DNA of 63,953 bases, the filler included, from Sluysia triapertura (lineage: Eukaryota): the NCBI GenBank assembly GCA_046118255.1. It is 4 parts of 4 records of this genome, joined end to end, with 100 filler letters (N's around TTAATTAATTAA, not from the genome) between each part and the next. Parts side by side here need not be neighbours in the genome. Positions count along the whole stretch, not along the records: positions 39,522 to 52,015 come from JBJNIA010103876.1; positions 52,116 to 63,953 come from JBJNIA010165036.1; 2 more parts are not named here. The stretch is one strand, 5' to 3'. A program made the translations under genes and the position numbers. Position 1 is the stretch's first letter, and every line of letters starts with the position of its first letter. Shown here piece after piece: positions 42,061-53,549 of this stretch. The notes under the pieces were generated by a model, which had not been told where the DNA came from, made no database searches, and worked only from the letters and a program-made list of their open reading frames with translations.

Positions 42061-42802
42061 TTATTGAAAAATGAGGTTAGATTAGTGCGGTAAATTGTTT
42101 TTTGGAATCTAACATAACATAATCAATTTAATATGAATTTAGCCTATTTTATAAAATTTGTTCTACATTGTTTTTCTTTAATAACTCCAACATTTCAATT
42201 GAACTGTCTCTTATTCGAATATTATGGTCGTACAAGAAACACGTCTGTACTCTCTATCGATAATATTACTTTATTAATTACTGAGAAACAAGATTTGTAA
42301 ATAAATATTTTAATTGTTCGAGTAGGTATTCCAACTATTTATAAATATAGTATCTTAGCTCAAACTGAAACACTAAAAAATGCAGGATTTTCTCTTATTA
42401 GAAGGCCTAATTCAAAATCTTATGAAATACTATTAAAATTTAATTCTAATTTAGATAGTGGAAAAAGTGATAATCTAAAGAATTTTACAGATGATTTTTG
42501 TTTAATGTCCAAAATTGCCGTTAAATTTGATATATTACAAAAAAAGCAATGTTATCTATGAATGATTTAACATCACCAGGTAAATATAAAAGAAATCGTT
42601 GTAAAACTGATATTATTTTTGAATATCAAATATTGTTGTTTATGCAACCACCTATTATAAAGATTTATCTTATATTTCCTAAAGGAGCAATGAAATTAAA
42701 TAAGGTTCAAGGTACTAACTTCGTTAGCTACGAATTGAAGTTTACGATAAATAGAAATAGGAAATAAAAAATCAAATTTTGCAATAAAATGTATACGATT
42801 AA

Positions 42803-43009
42803 CCCATTAAGGACCAGATTGTTTTTCCAAATTTAAAAAACATGACATGCATTTAGTTATCTTGGAATATCACTTTAAGTACAAGCCCAAATCTTATAAA
42901 AACCTTTTTTGTGTCGCAACACATACCAATTCAATGATTGTGCTAGGAAATTTCATTATTAAAAATATCTTGCAATAAATAAAAAATATAAACCGTGGTT
43001 GATAATGGG
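42803..43009. mobile_element. piggyBac-type MITE
   Basis: TTAA|CCCATTAAGGACCA ... TGGTTGATAATGGG|TTAA: imperfect 14-bp TIRs with TTAA target sites on both sides. Confidence 0.75.
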
Positions 43010-43481
43010 TTAAATGTGTTATTCCTGAACAACAGTGTAAAGATGATTTAATTATTTAACCTTATCCGAAAAGTGATTCTGATCCTATCGAAAATTATGT
43101 TATATTAACTATTATGTTATTAATTTTACTTTATTTCACCTATGTTAGTACATCAGTCGTATGTGATAGAGTATTATTAATATTGTAAAATTACTGCATT
43201 TAAAAACTATTATTTTAAATAATAACAATAATCATAGTTAATTTGTACATATAGTTACATGAACCAATCAGCCATTCTAAATACAATTGCATATTTAGTG
43301 TAAAAATAGATAGTGTAAGCATAAATCCTGAATTGAATGAATAATATTTTATATTTAAATATCATTAAATTAATAAAATAGTTGTTATAGGAAGAAATTA
43401 ATTATGGCATGCAAGCAAAATAAAAATAAAATCAATGCTACTTCTCATTAAATACAAAAATTTAAAATCTAAAATCCAACG

Positions 43482-43715
43482 GAGATAATAGAACAAGTAG
43501 TGTCTGTCCAAAATAAACCAGGAAAACCAGTAACATTACATTTTAAAGATATTATAAACGTGTATCATACAGTCCGAAGCATAAAGCTTCTCGCAAAGTC
43601 TGTAGAGATATACATAGTCAGGATCACGATTTACTATGGATATTTCATATGTGTGGTTTACCAGAAGGTACTGAATACTTATTCCTAGTAGATTGTCAAT
43701 CGAGGGAACATATAG
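43482..43715 (+). pseudogene. PP1-type Ser/Thr phosphatase N-terminal fragment (frameshifted)
   Basis: EIIEQVVSVQNKPGKPVTL... then a frameshift to VCRDIHSQDHDLLWIFHMCGLPEGTEYLFLVD.NRG, matching PPP motifs GDIHGQ and YLFLGDYVDRG with substitutions. Confidence 0.8.
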
Positions 43716-43874
43716 ACAATTCATCTACACCTATATTGAAGTGTCGTGACTGGTTCTATTTGATTTTTTAATATCAATTTATTTATGAAAGTAATCACAC
43801 AATTATTTGCGATCAATAATATTATTTACATATATTACTAATGTATTATTATCAAGGAATCAAAAAATCAATAT

Positions 43875-44095
43875 AAATTGACGACTCCGTAGTCGACAAG
43901 CATCATCATGGAAGATAAAGAAAAGTTGATATTGGAAATTGAAAGAATAACTTACTGTGACCGATAACTAATTTAATTATAACCATGGATTTAACAAGAA
44001 AGTGGAACAGTACTTCAATATTATTTTTCGAAGCTAAAGTATTTTAAACTAGCATCTCATGATAAGCATGAAATAGTGCAACATTTTGGAGCTTG
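43875..44095 (+). mobile_element. Possible Merlin/IS1595-like transposase relic
   Basis: IDDSVVDKHHHGR / EIER / PWI*QESGTVL...KHEIVQHF follow the order of the IDES..RGR, GIER, PGT.I.SD and H..VNH motifs. Confidence 0.4.
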
Positions 44096-45089
44096 AGATA
44101 GTTGGTAAATTACCTATTGAAATTAATTTTAATATATTTTTCTATTTGGACATTCACGATTTGTGTTATTTGTGCGATCAATCTAAGTTGGAAATTGTGC
44201 ACTCTGAGTAATTTTTTCAACGAAACTCGTACAGAAGTTTCTGTCCAACAATGTAATAAAATTATAAACCATGTGAAAATTTCGCAATTTTGAATAGAAA
44301 TATTTTTCGTAATTTGTCATTTGTGGTTCACTTAGATTATCTGACAAATCATTTAAAACGGTATCTGTGCTTTAACTAGACTTCAAATTCTCTTAAATTT
44401 TGTGCTATGAAAAGTTAAGTTCGTTTTCTAAAATTATTCCTAGAAAAGCATAATGATAGTCAATTAAAGCGCTTTTTTCAAACTCTAATTCATTATTATT
44501 TTGGGAATAATTCCTGGAAAGAATTGACGAATTTGATGTTAATCATATGTGGAAGAAGATCGTGTGGGTTTTTGCAGTCTCAAAATAAACAGGGAATGTT
44601 TGAAACTAATTTGGAACAAAGATGAGGAAAGTCGAAATGAAAATGAGGATGACTGTAGAGAACTCAAAAAGAGAACCTTGTAATTGTAAACAAAATCGTA
44701 ATCAAACAAAACAATGCACTCATGAATAAGTTACTATACAAACTTCAAAATATCAAATCATCAAACAATACTCCTAAAACACGAATACAATTCTTAAATT
44801 ATACACTGTAAAATTTCACAAATTATAAGCAAAAATTAACGTTGTTACCTATTATTTTTTTAAGACTTGTATCTATTGTAGTTGTTCTCTAAAATCCTAT
44901 AATAACATCATTAATATTTAAATTTTAACAACTAATTGTATCAATATGAAAAAGATATATGACATTTATGATGGTTTTTCCAATATTTTTGTTCACATTG
45001 GTTGTGATAAAAAAGATTATTTCAATTATTTATCATCTAAAATACAAAAATATCATTAAATTAATGATTATTTTGTCATAATAAGTAAA

Positions 45090-45931
45090 GTGGAACATTC
45101 TAAATTAGAGCCTTTCATTCATAATAAACGATTAGCAAATAATTTTTGCAAATTTTTAAATAATTTTGCTGAAATAGAATTAAATAAAAATATAAATTCC
45201 AACACAAATTATGAAGATTTACAAACAATCAAAATGAAGATAGAATCATTGTTAACACATTATGAGCGGGTATTTAGAATAACAGTTAATAAAACGGGTA
45301 ATAATACCCGCCCCGCTCATAGTGTGTTAAATTGTTAAATTACAGACAACGATGTGATACAAAGAATAAATGAAAGCTATTTGAAGCAATCACCAGATTT
45401 GATTTATGTTAGAGAAAAGATTGATTTTTTGGAACACACTGAATTTAAATTTTGTATTTTTCCTGGTTCTCATTTAAGAAAACTTTATCCATTTGAATTG
45501 TCATTTCAAAAAAGACGTGTTTGTAGCTTATTACTAGTTCATTAGTTTTAGGAGTCGATAGTGACTGCTATCAAACCGCTGTTGAACTGGTGGATCAATA
45601 CTTATATAAAGTAGGTACACAGAACATGGAAACCTGTAACAAGACCACTGTCATGCGTTTGTTTACTGATACTAAATTAACTCAAAAAGAAAATATTACT
45701 ATCGATTCAATCCGACGAATAGTTGGAAATAGATATGAAAGTAAAGAACTGCGTGATGTAGAAAGAGATGTAGTGAAAGCACTCTACAGTATTATGTTAT
45801 TACCGACACCTGATCAATATTTGCGTTACTTTTTATTATTAGATAAACCGAATAATTTTAAACAAATTATTTTTAAGAATTTTGTTTATTACTCTAACAG
45901 TGATGTTAACTTTCGTTTCCGGACTCTTTGA
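45090..45931 (+). pseudogene. Cyclin (cyclin-box) pseudogene
   Basis: Three broken ORFs; LGVDSDCYQTAVELVDQYL and IDSIRRIVGNRYESKELRDVERDVVKALYSIMLLPTPDQYLRYFL fit the cyclin N-domain consensus. TAG at 45524-45526 sits where the conserved Trp is expected. Confidence 0.72.
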
Positions 45932-47122
45932 GAGTACAAAAGTCCTTCATTTGATATTTTGAATTTGATAAACTGAATTTGTTGTTCTATAGTGTAGCTT
46001 TTCGTACTTTCTTTCTGATTATTTCTGATTATTACTTTGATTTAAGTGTTGAAAAATATGAAGAAAATTTTAATAAAATTTAATATTAAAACAAAATGTT
46101 TTTTGAGTTTATTTATGTATATTCTTGAAGCGCTAATTCCATTTTTTCAAAGTATGTGGTGTTCGTTATGTATGGGTGTGACTGTAATAAAAATAGGAAA
46201 TTTAATTTTAAAATGGTTTATATACCAAAACCATTTTATAATCATTTCTTGTAATGTACAAAAGTAATTTATTTGCAGTGTAGAAGCGAATTAATCGTCT
46301 GAATGTTATTAAAAGTTATTTTATCAAGTCTGTTTCGCTATCAATATTTCGAGTTTCAGAAAAGCTAATTATAATAAATGAACGCTTGAATGGATTACTT
46401 AAAAGATTGTAGTTTATGGAGCAAGAACTAAGTTTTAATAATAGTTCCATGTTTCCAAATCTATACATTCGTGAACAACACTAGAATGACCAGAATTTTT
46501 AATACCTAGAAGGCCCACGTGCATCAATTGACGCAAATGCTTGCAATTGGCTGATACTTTCAGAAGTGTGTCGGAATTAAGGTTGTGACATCGTCGTTTT
46601 TCATAATTTTTCCATGTAAAATATGTCAGTTTGTCAATCGACTCACTTGGTCCTTCTAGTGTTAATAAATTTACATGAAGATCTTCTTAATCGCCTTTCA
46701 TCGTATTATTACACGTTTAATGAAGTTAAAAGGCCAATTTTTAAGGGGCACCCTCAAGCCTGGCTCAGTTGCGGTTGTGACTCAGGACACATCATTGCAA
46801 GCAACCGGATGGCAAAAACGATATACTAATCCAAGTTCTTTAAGTAAACGGAACGGAATATTAAAAACAATTAATCTTTAGTATTCGAATTTATAAAAAC
46901 GGCAAAGTGTGCTGGAAACTCAACGCTGCTTACTTCAACAATTTTTATGACGATTTTTTTATTCAAAAAATATTACTATAGGGATTCATAAAAAATTTTA
47001 TACTTTGTGAAATTTAGGTACAAATAAATTCTTGACAGACAAAATATATCAAATATCTAAAATACATGTTATTTGATAAACTTTTAAAATATGTAGACTA
47101 TTTAGTTCACCAATAAGTAATT

Positions 47123-47413
47123 ATGTCACGACGACGAAAATCTGTTACCCAAGTACATATACCTTATATTGCAATACATTGTTACACTAAAAGTCAATGT
47201 TGGGAGAAAGTTGGGGTGAATGTCAAACGTCAAGCCACAATGTTCCTTCCCATTGTGTCTAGATTTTATGAAAATTCAGTCAACAGCTTATTCGACAGTT
47301 TTATCACAAATGATTAATTTCAATTATTAAATTCAAGGTATTGTGGCGGAATTTGAAGAAATGACTATGTGTGATTGTGATGGCCCAGCCCACATCTACC
47401 TACATATCACATA
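47123..47413 (+). pseudogene. Possible decayed TGF-beta-family ligand fragment
   Basis: RRRKS (furin-like site), PYIAIHC, then shifted frame PQCSFPLCLDFMKIQSTAYSTVLSQM...AEFEEMTMCDCDG; only a partial cystine-knot pattern. Confidence 0.28.
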
Positions 47414-48870
47414 AATCATCTAGACAAACCTCATCATAAAAAATACATAACAAATACACCACTCGCAACATCACACCACTCATCCTTACAAAATAAAAAT
47501 TATTTTATTAAACTCAGTGTTCATTGTCATTTGTTATCATTATGACACACTGTCATTTTGCTTCTATCTCGAAATTTTTTCTTTTATATTTTTATGTTGC
47601 TCTACTTGATCAGCCAGACTCACATCTTCTCGCTTGTATAATATTGATATACGTCATAATCTAGAAATTCTAGTTGGAGATTTTCTGCCAGAGAGCTATA
47701 GAAGCAACAAATTTGTGTACAGTTACAATGAGTCCTTAATTAAACAATATTTTATTATGTCTTAAGTATTTTACTTAGTAAAATTTTTAATAATGTAGGA
47801 AGTTATTTTTACGTTTATTATAATTTAAGTGAACAATTAGCTTAGCTGTTTCTTTATTAATAGGTTTATGAATACTTTATCATTTCTTTAATTGATATTT
47901 TCACTTTTTGACAAGATAATTAATGATTTCTTACATATTCAGTTTTCACATTTTTAGTTTCGTTTCCAGTGTATTCTAGCATCTGGAATATTTTCTTAAT
48001 GAAATGGCAGAAAGAAAGTATTAGATTTATCAAGGGAATTAGTCGAAAAGCTTCAAATATTGCTTCACAGTTAATCTCAAATTATTTCTAGTAAATTTTA
48101 TATTTCATTAAAATAGATAATATTTATTATATTGAATTATATCGTGAGTAGATCGTTGTAATCATTGCAACCACTGTCATGGTACTGTGCTACTTTCATT
48201 TATCATAACATAGTTATTTCTTTACGCATAGGCTGCGTCAGTCTTATCATTTCAAAATAATATAACTATTTATTACAATTAAATAAAATTATGTAAGTGA
48301 AATAAAAATAAAATAATTACAACCAAATATTACTATAGAAATAATTTATTTTTAGTGCTACTAATAATATTTTATTTACGAGATTTCATTGGTTATTATT
48401 TTTGGTTTTTTTTATTAGTATAAGTAGGAGTTCTTGTTTGAATATTGATCCGCAGAACACAAATCAAAAAACTTTGAAATAATTTAAAAATATCAAGCTG
48501 CTAATGATGGTGAAGATATAATGCCAAATTTGAAGTAAAACAAAGAAAACATTGATCAATTCGTACGAAAAGTTTTGAAAGATTGAAGTGACTGAAACAG
48601 TAACATATAATCCTAGAATTCATGAATCATAGAGTTTTACATCGGATGATCCTGGTTCAAGTGAACATCATTTTTTACGGGTGCTACCTCGAGTAAAATT
48701 AGCGGATTTTCAAATGATATAAGTAGTACTTTCGATGAAATTAATCAACAGACATTTAAAAATTCTCAACGATTTTAATCGTAGTTCGAAGCTTCTGAAG
48801 ATTCGCACAGATACGCCTATATTTAAAATACCTTTTTACGGAAAATGATGTGCATGTTTAAGATGTAAGT

Positions 48871-49398
48871 GGTAATCAACTTTTACATGAAATCGAAATA
48901 TCAAAAGTTAGACATCCATGCATTGCTCGGTATTACCGAACTCGTATTGAATTTCAATCAGTTGTTAAGCAATTAGAATATCCTTTTGGGTATTCTACTT
49001 ATGATTACATTGAAAACTGTTTAAAATAAAACAGCACTTGTGAAATTAAAGAAGTATTTCTAAAAAAAATGATTTCTAATATTCTGTCAGCTATATATTA
49101 TTTAATTGATAATGCCATATGTACTCATAATGACATTAATGTTAAAAACATTTGTGTACAAACATATATAATTGGATTTAATTGTAAATCCATGTCTAAG
49201 ATTAGACATAAAAATTTTGTTGCTTTTGTTTTGTATAATTTTGAAAATGCATTGACCGATTTTGAAGACATAAACAATGTCGCATTCAATAAGGATATGT
49301 TTGAATTTATATTCTCACAAAATGTCATTTTTAATTTTAATCTAAGTCTTGAAGTTTTAATTCAAAATGTTACATCTCAAAATATGTGGACATTTTAA
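48871..49398 (+). pseudogene. Protein kinase pseudogene (Wee1/Myt1- or NEK-like)
   Basis: LLHEIEISKVRHPCIARYY...QLEYPFGYSTYDYI...(TAA 49027-49029)...NILSAIYYL..CTHNDINVKNICV...LYNFE = kinase subdomains III-VII with degenerate HxD and DFG motifs. Confidence 0.72.
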
Positions 49399-49850
49399 AA
49401 TCTCTAAAACTTATTAGTCTTATATTTGTTTTAAAGCTTAAAGTTTTTGATGTTTTTAGGGATATCGCATAAAATTCATCACACTTCATCACATAAAAAT
49501 ATTTCATACTTACACAGAACATTAAACAAACTACTAGATTCATTCAAAAAACAAGCATAATCATTGTACATAATTATCATGAATTATAGCTATTGTATTA
49601 CAAATCCAACCGTATTAAAATATATAATTATTATCGTCATTATTGCTATATATTATGATTATCATATAATCACTTTCATATTAGCATCAATACCATTATT
49701 TTAAAACGTATAATAATTACGTCGTTGTTATCATTATTTCTTTATCCTTTTTATCAAACTCTTAATTCATGTTTCTTTTTTAGTCCATTTCTCATATTTT
49801 TTACCAGAAATTAAAAATAACATTGTGCAATCACAATTTTGAGTTACAAG

Positions 49851-50297
49851 ATGACTCGTGATGACTATAATGCTATTAGAATTATTCTATTGTTTATGTT
49901 TTATGGACTTCGCTTTTTATTGCTACGAAATCATTTACAAGCATATTTAAATTTGGCCGAAAGTAAAATACGACGTTTGAGAAAAGAAACTGGAAAAAAA
50001 TCAATATTTGATTATCAGAAAGTAGTTTCGAGAATGTTTTTATTGTCTTTGTTTTTTTTTGTACATGACATGCTTATATAAATCAATGGGTAACTTTAGT
50101 TGGATTGGTTCTTATCGAATCAATATCAAAAATAGTAATTCAATGTCAGTCTTAAAAGACTCGATGGATACTAAAGGATTTCATAACATCACGTCATTTT
50201 TTGTTGCCTTTAATTGGTGACTTGACTGAATCTCTTCAAGAATGGTCTCATTCAATTATCAATTTAAGACCAACCTTTTTTGGAATATTAGGGTTCC
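49851..50297 (+). pseudogene. TMEM161: TMEM161 C-terminal fragment (frameshifted)
   Basis: LRFLLLRNHLQAYLNLAESKIRRLRKETGK...QKVVSRMF, then in shifted frames LYKSMGNFSW and FFGILGF; matches remembered TMEM161A/B motifs (HLQAYLNLA). Confidence 0.82.
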
Positions 50298-50802
50298 AAG
50301 ATACCATATGTTGAAGTGTTAACACGTAATAGATACGTTGGTACTACATTCAACTACTAAACATTTGCGACAATTATGTATAGTGAAGAAGCTTAGATTT
50401 TTAACGAAAAATTTCATTAATAAACGAATTATTTTAATTGATGATTCAATTGTTCGTGGAAATATAATTTTCCCTTTAGTGAATGTTTTAAAAAAATTAG
50501 GAGCTAAAGAAGTACATTTAAGAATAGCAAGTCCTCCTATTCAACGTATCCTGTTTCATGGGTATCAACATACCTACAGAAAGTCAATTGATTTTCAACT
50601 CGGTCAATTCGGCATATGAACTGACACACTCGGTGCTGATAGTCTGTGCTACTTGTCAGTACCAGGTTTACATGAAGCCGTTTCAGAAGGAGTAAATCCA
50701 GCCGGGTCGGGCAATGATCCAGATAATTATGGAATTGATGATGTTGATCGACATTGCGATGCTTGTTTAATAGGAAATTATCCTGCTTCGTTGGAATTTT
50801 GA
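50298..50802 (+). pseudogene. PPAT: Amidophosphoribosyltransferase (PPAT/purF) C-terminal fragment, several frameshifts
   Basis: IPYVEVLTRNRYVG.TF / RIILIDDSIVRGN...GAKEVHLRIASPPI / CFMGINIPT / LGADSLCYLSV...HCDACLIGNYPASLEF-stop; animal-type PPAT sequence. Confidence 0.9.
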
Positions 50803-51470
50803 AAAAAATATTCACATTCCTTTGAAGTAATTTTGAACAAGAATCAAATTTTTAGATATTTAGTAAATTATTTCATTTATACTGGAATTTGGGATTGTTA
50901 TTAATTATGAATTATTATTCATGTTTTATCACTTAATGGCAGTCTTTATACACTTCTCATAGTTGTTAATAATTATTTTGCTGATTTTCATTTTATATTT
51001 TATGAATTATGTAATACTTATTTTAGTACACAGTGCAAAATTAAATATTTCAAATTTAATTGGCATTATTAAGTAATTGAATTTAATTAACTTAATGTTT
51101 CAATTAAAATAAAAATAAATATTACTAAAATCAATGATTTAATTCTGTAATATGTTGAAGGCAGCATACACTATTCATCTAACATTTATTGTTGTTTTAT
51201 TTCGAAATTTGTATTATTCAATATAAATTCATGAAGTTTAGTATTTTAAAATTTATTCACTCGAGTATTTTATACTTAACCTTTTTTGGTATTTATACAT
51301 CAACAGTTTATGTAATAAAATGGAATCAAATGTCTAAATGTAAATAATATTCCAACGTATTTATAAATCATGTTTTGTTTATCCTCAACATAATGGGTTG
51401 TCTTTGAGTGAACCAATAAGACCTTCTAAAGACTGTTATGAATCAACATTTGCAAACTATTCAATAGTCG

Positions 51471-51540
51471 ACTATTATGCCAGTTTTAACAGAAGGATTG
51501 ATTGATTGATTGTGGAGACATAAACCAGAATGATCATGAC
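51471..51540 (+). pseudogene. Possible Dpy-30-motif gene fragment (NME5/AK7-like)
   Basis: TIMPVLTEGLID followed by an ATTG slippage and ...KP; resembles the IMPTLLEGL..LC..KP.DP consensus. Very short. Confidence 0.35.
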
Positions 51541-51940
51541 TAGATATTTAGAAATGCATTCAAACATGTATTATCTCATTTTACTAACCTATGTACATTG
51601 TGTTTTTTTGCATATCCACTAAATTTTCATTTGTCACGTGAATAAAAGTTTAATTTTATAATAACGATAGTTATATTATTATGGCAATATTGATAAAAAA
51701 ATTTTTAATTGATTTTTAAAATTATGTTCCTTTTAATATTAATGCTTGTACATTATGGTAATTCTGAACTAGTCGATTTAGCATTTCATAAGTCTGTTAC
51801 TTGCAGTACTATGAAATAAATTCGAATCCACACTTTCCAACTAATAATTCGTCAAATTGCTTTATTAGTGGACTTATTTATAAATATTGGGAAGTGTTTT
51901 TTGCTCCCTCAGTTTATATAAAGTATATAATATTAATTTA

Positions 51941-52015
51941 ATAATATATTAATTTATATTGCGCTCATATCTACCGCGAAAGTACTCAAAAGCGCTTAAG
52001 GTAAATCATTCACTA
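51941..52015 (-). mobile_element. Second copy of the SINE/LINE 3' end, cut by the contig join
   Basis: Reverse complement matches about 22239-22313 with only a few substitutions. Confidence 0.65.
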
Positions 52016-52115
52016 NNNNNNNNNNNNNNNNNNNNNNNNNNNNNNNNNNNNNNNNNNNNTTAATTAATTAANNNNNNNNNNNNNNNNNNNNNNNNNNNNN
52101 NNNNNNNNNNNNNNN
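52016..52115. other. Artificial contig join
   Basis: Same 44N-TTAATTAATTAA-44N spacer. Confidence 0.95.
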
Positions 52116-53196
52116 TTGTAGTGTTTTTAATTTATTATAAACATTATTCTCATTTTGTCATTTGAGTGATTATCAGCGTTTAGTAAAGACTTACATTATT
52201 AACAAGTTGTATTACGAATTTTTGTTTAAATAATACAATATCGATTTAGTTTTTATTTTGATTTCAAGGATTTGAATTTGGGATAATAGTTTTCGTTATA
52301 ATTACAAAGGTAGAACATAATAAAATTATACTTGATATACTAACTATTGAAATTATCAAGATTTAAACTGAACAAGATAACAATAGTGAGTTTAATATTT
52401 AACAAGTTTTAAAGACGCAACAGAAGGTTATGTTAGATTTTGTAAATGTTAGGGTAATTATGGTATAAATATGTCGAGATGCCCAGATGAAATGGTAAAT
52501 GAAGGAATGTTGTTTGAAGTGTCTCCATTATTTGTAAATGCGTCTTGGACTCACTGCAATATGATTTCTGAAGGACGGCTTCAGCGACAAACAAATCGCT
52601 TTTATGTCAAAGGTCACTCTTCCCTCTGAAACACATATCGAATTTATCGTTCCATTCTTGAATCCAGACATCTTCACATCATCAAATGGATCCACGATAA
52701 TGCGAGTCCAAGTGAGGCAATCTCATTAGAATATGCGACATTATTAAAGGAGATTCTATACAGCTGGATTCCAATATCGAGATTTCTGGAATATATTCTT
52801 AAATAAACTGATATTGAATAGCATCCGCAATTTATATTTGATCTGTGATTGAGAGAAGTAGTAAAAGAATACTTTGCAGAGTTACTACAGTTACTGTAGT
52901 GTCTACTTTAACTAATTTTTCAATGTTTCTACATCTTTAGATAAATATCATTCGTGTTAATAATTGTTCAGTATTTCGTGCAGCAGAGGTACACGAATAA
53001 TAATAATAATAATAATTAATAATTATATTAATAATAATATTATTAAATAAAATATTATTTTAAAATAATTGGATTCAAAAACAAAATATGGAAAACAAGG
53101 TAGTTTAATAAGTTGTGAAATAACTGAGAAGGAAATAAGTGACTGACTAGTCATGGAGATTAGAAAATACTTATTAATAAAACATAGTCCACGTAC

Positions 53197-53495
53197 CCTA
53201 ATCCTCCACCAGCTCCATTGACCTTGGCGGTAGGTGCACCAGCAACCATATCTTTTTTCAGCTCCTTCAGATACTTGTCCTCTTTCAACTGGTTCTTCAT
53301 GTACATGTAGTACGTGTTGAAGTTGTTACCGATGATGGGGATGGCTAGACCTGTCAAAATACATCCACAAATAGCCGTCATGCTACCCACCAAGTAGCCG
53401 GGTCCTCCTTGGGGATAACTGTCACCGTAACCAACTGTTGTCAGTGTGACTATACTCCACCAGAAGGCTCGGGGGATGTCTGGGAAAGTAGAACC
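53197..53495 (-). CDS. Voltage-gated K+ channel, pore + S6 exon
   Basis: After a 54-bp intron: FPDIPRAFWWSIVTLTTVGYGDSYP (TVGYG filter), then S6 GCILTGLAIPIIGNNF; donor GG|GTACGT. The terminal exon is not resolved. Confidence 0.93.
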
Positions 53496-53549
53496 CTGAA
53501 TAAATTAATTATGATACTTTGTTGGAGTCCAGTACAAATACTAACTAAC

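Noticed and set aside
50298-50802. purF as bacterial horizontal transfer or contamination
   Set aside because: PYVEVL.RNRYVG, CFMGINIPT and the YP..LEF end are animal-type, and the fragment is fused to an animal TMEM161 piece.
52460-52850. Terminal Kv exon, or a BACK-domain fragment on the + strand
   Set aside because: Several frames on both strands are partly open and none gives a convincing motif or a unique splice solution.
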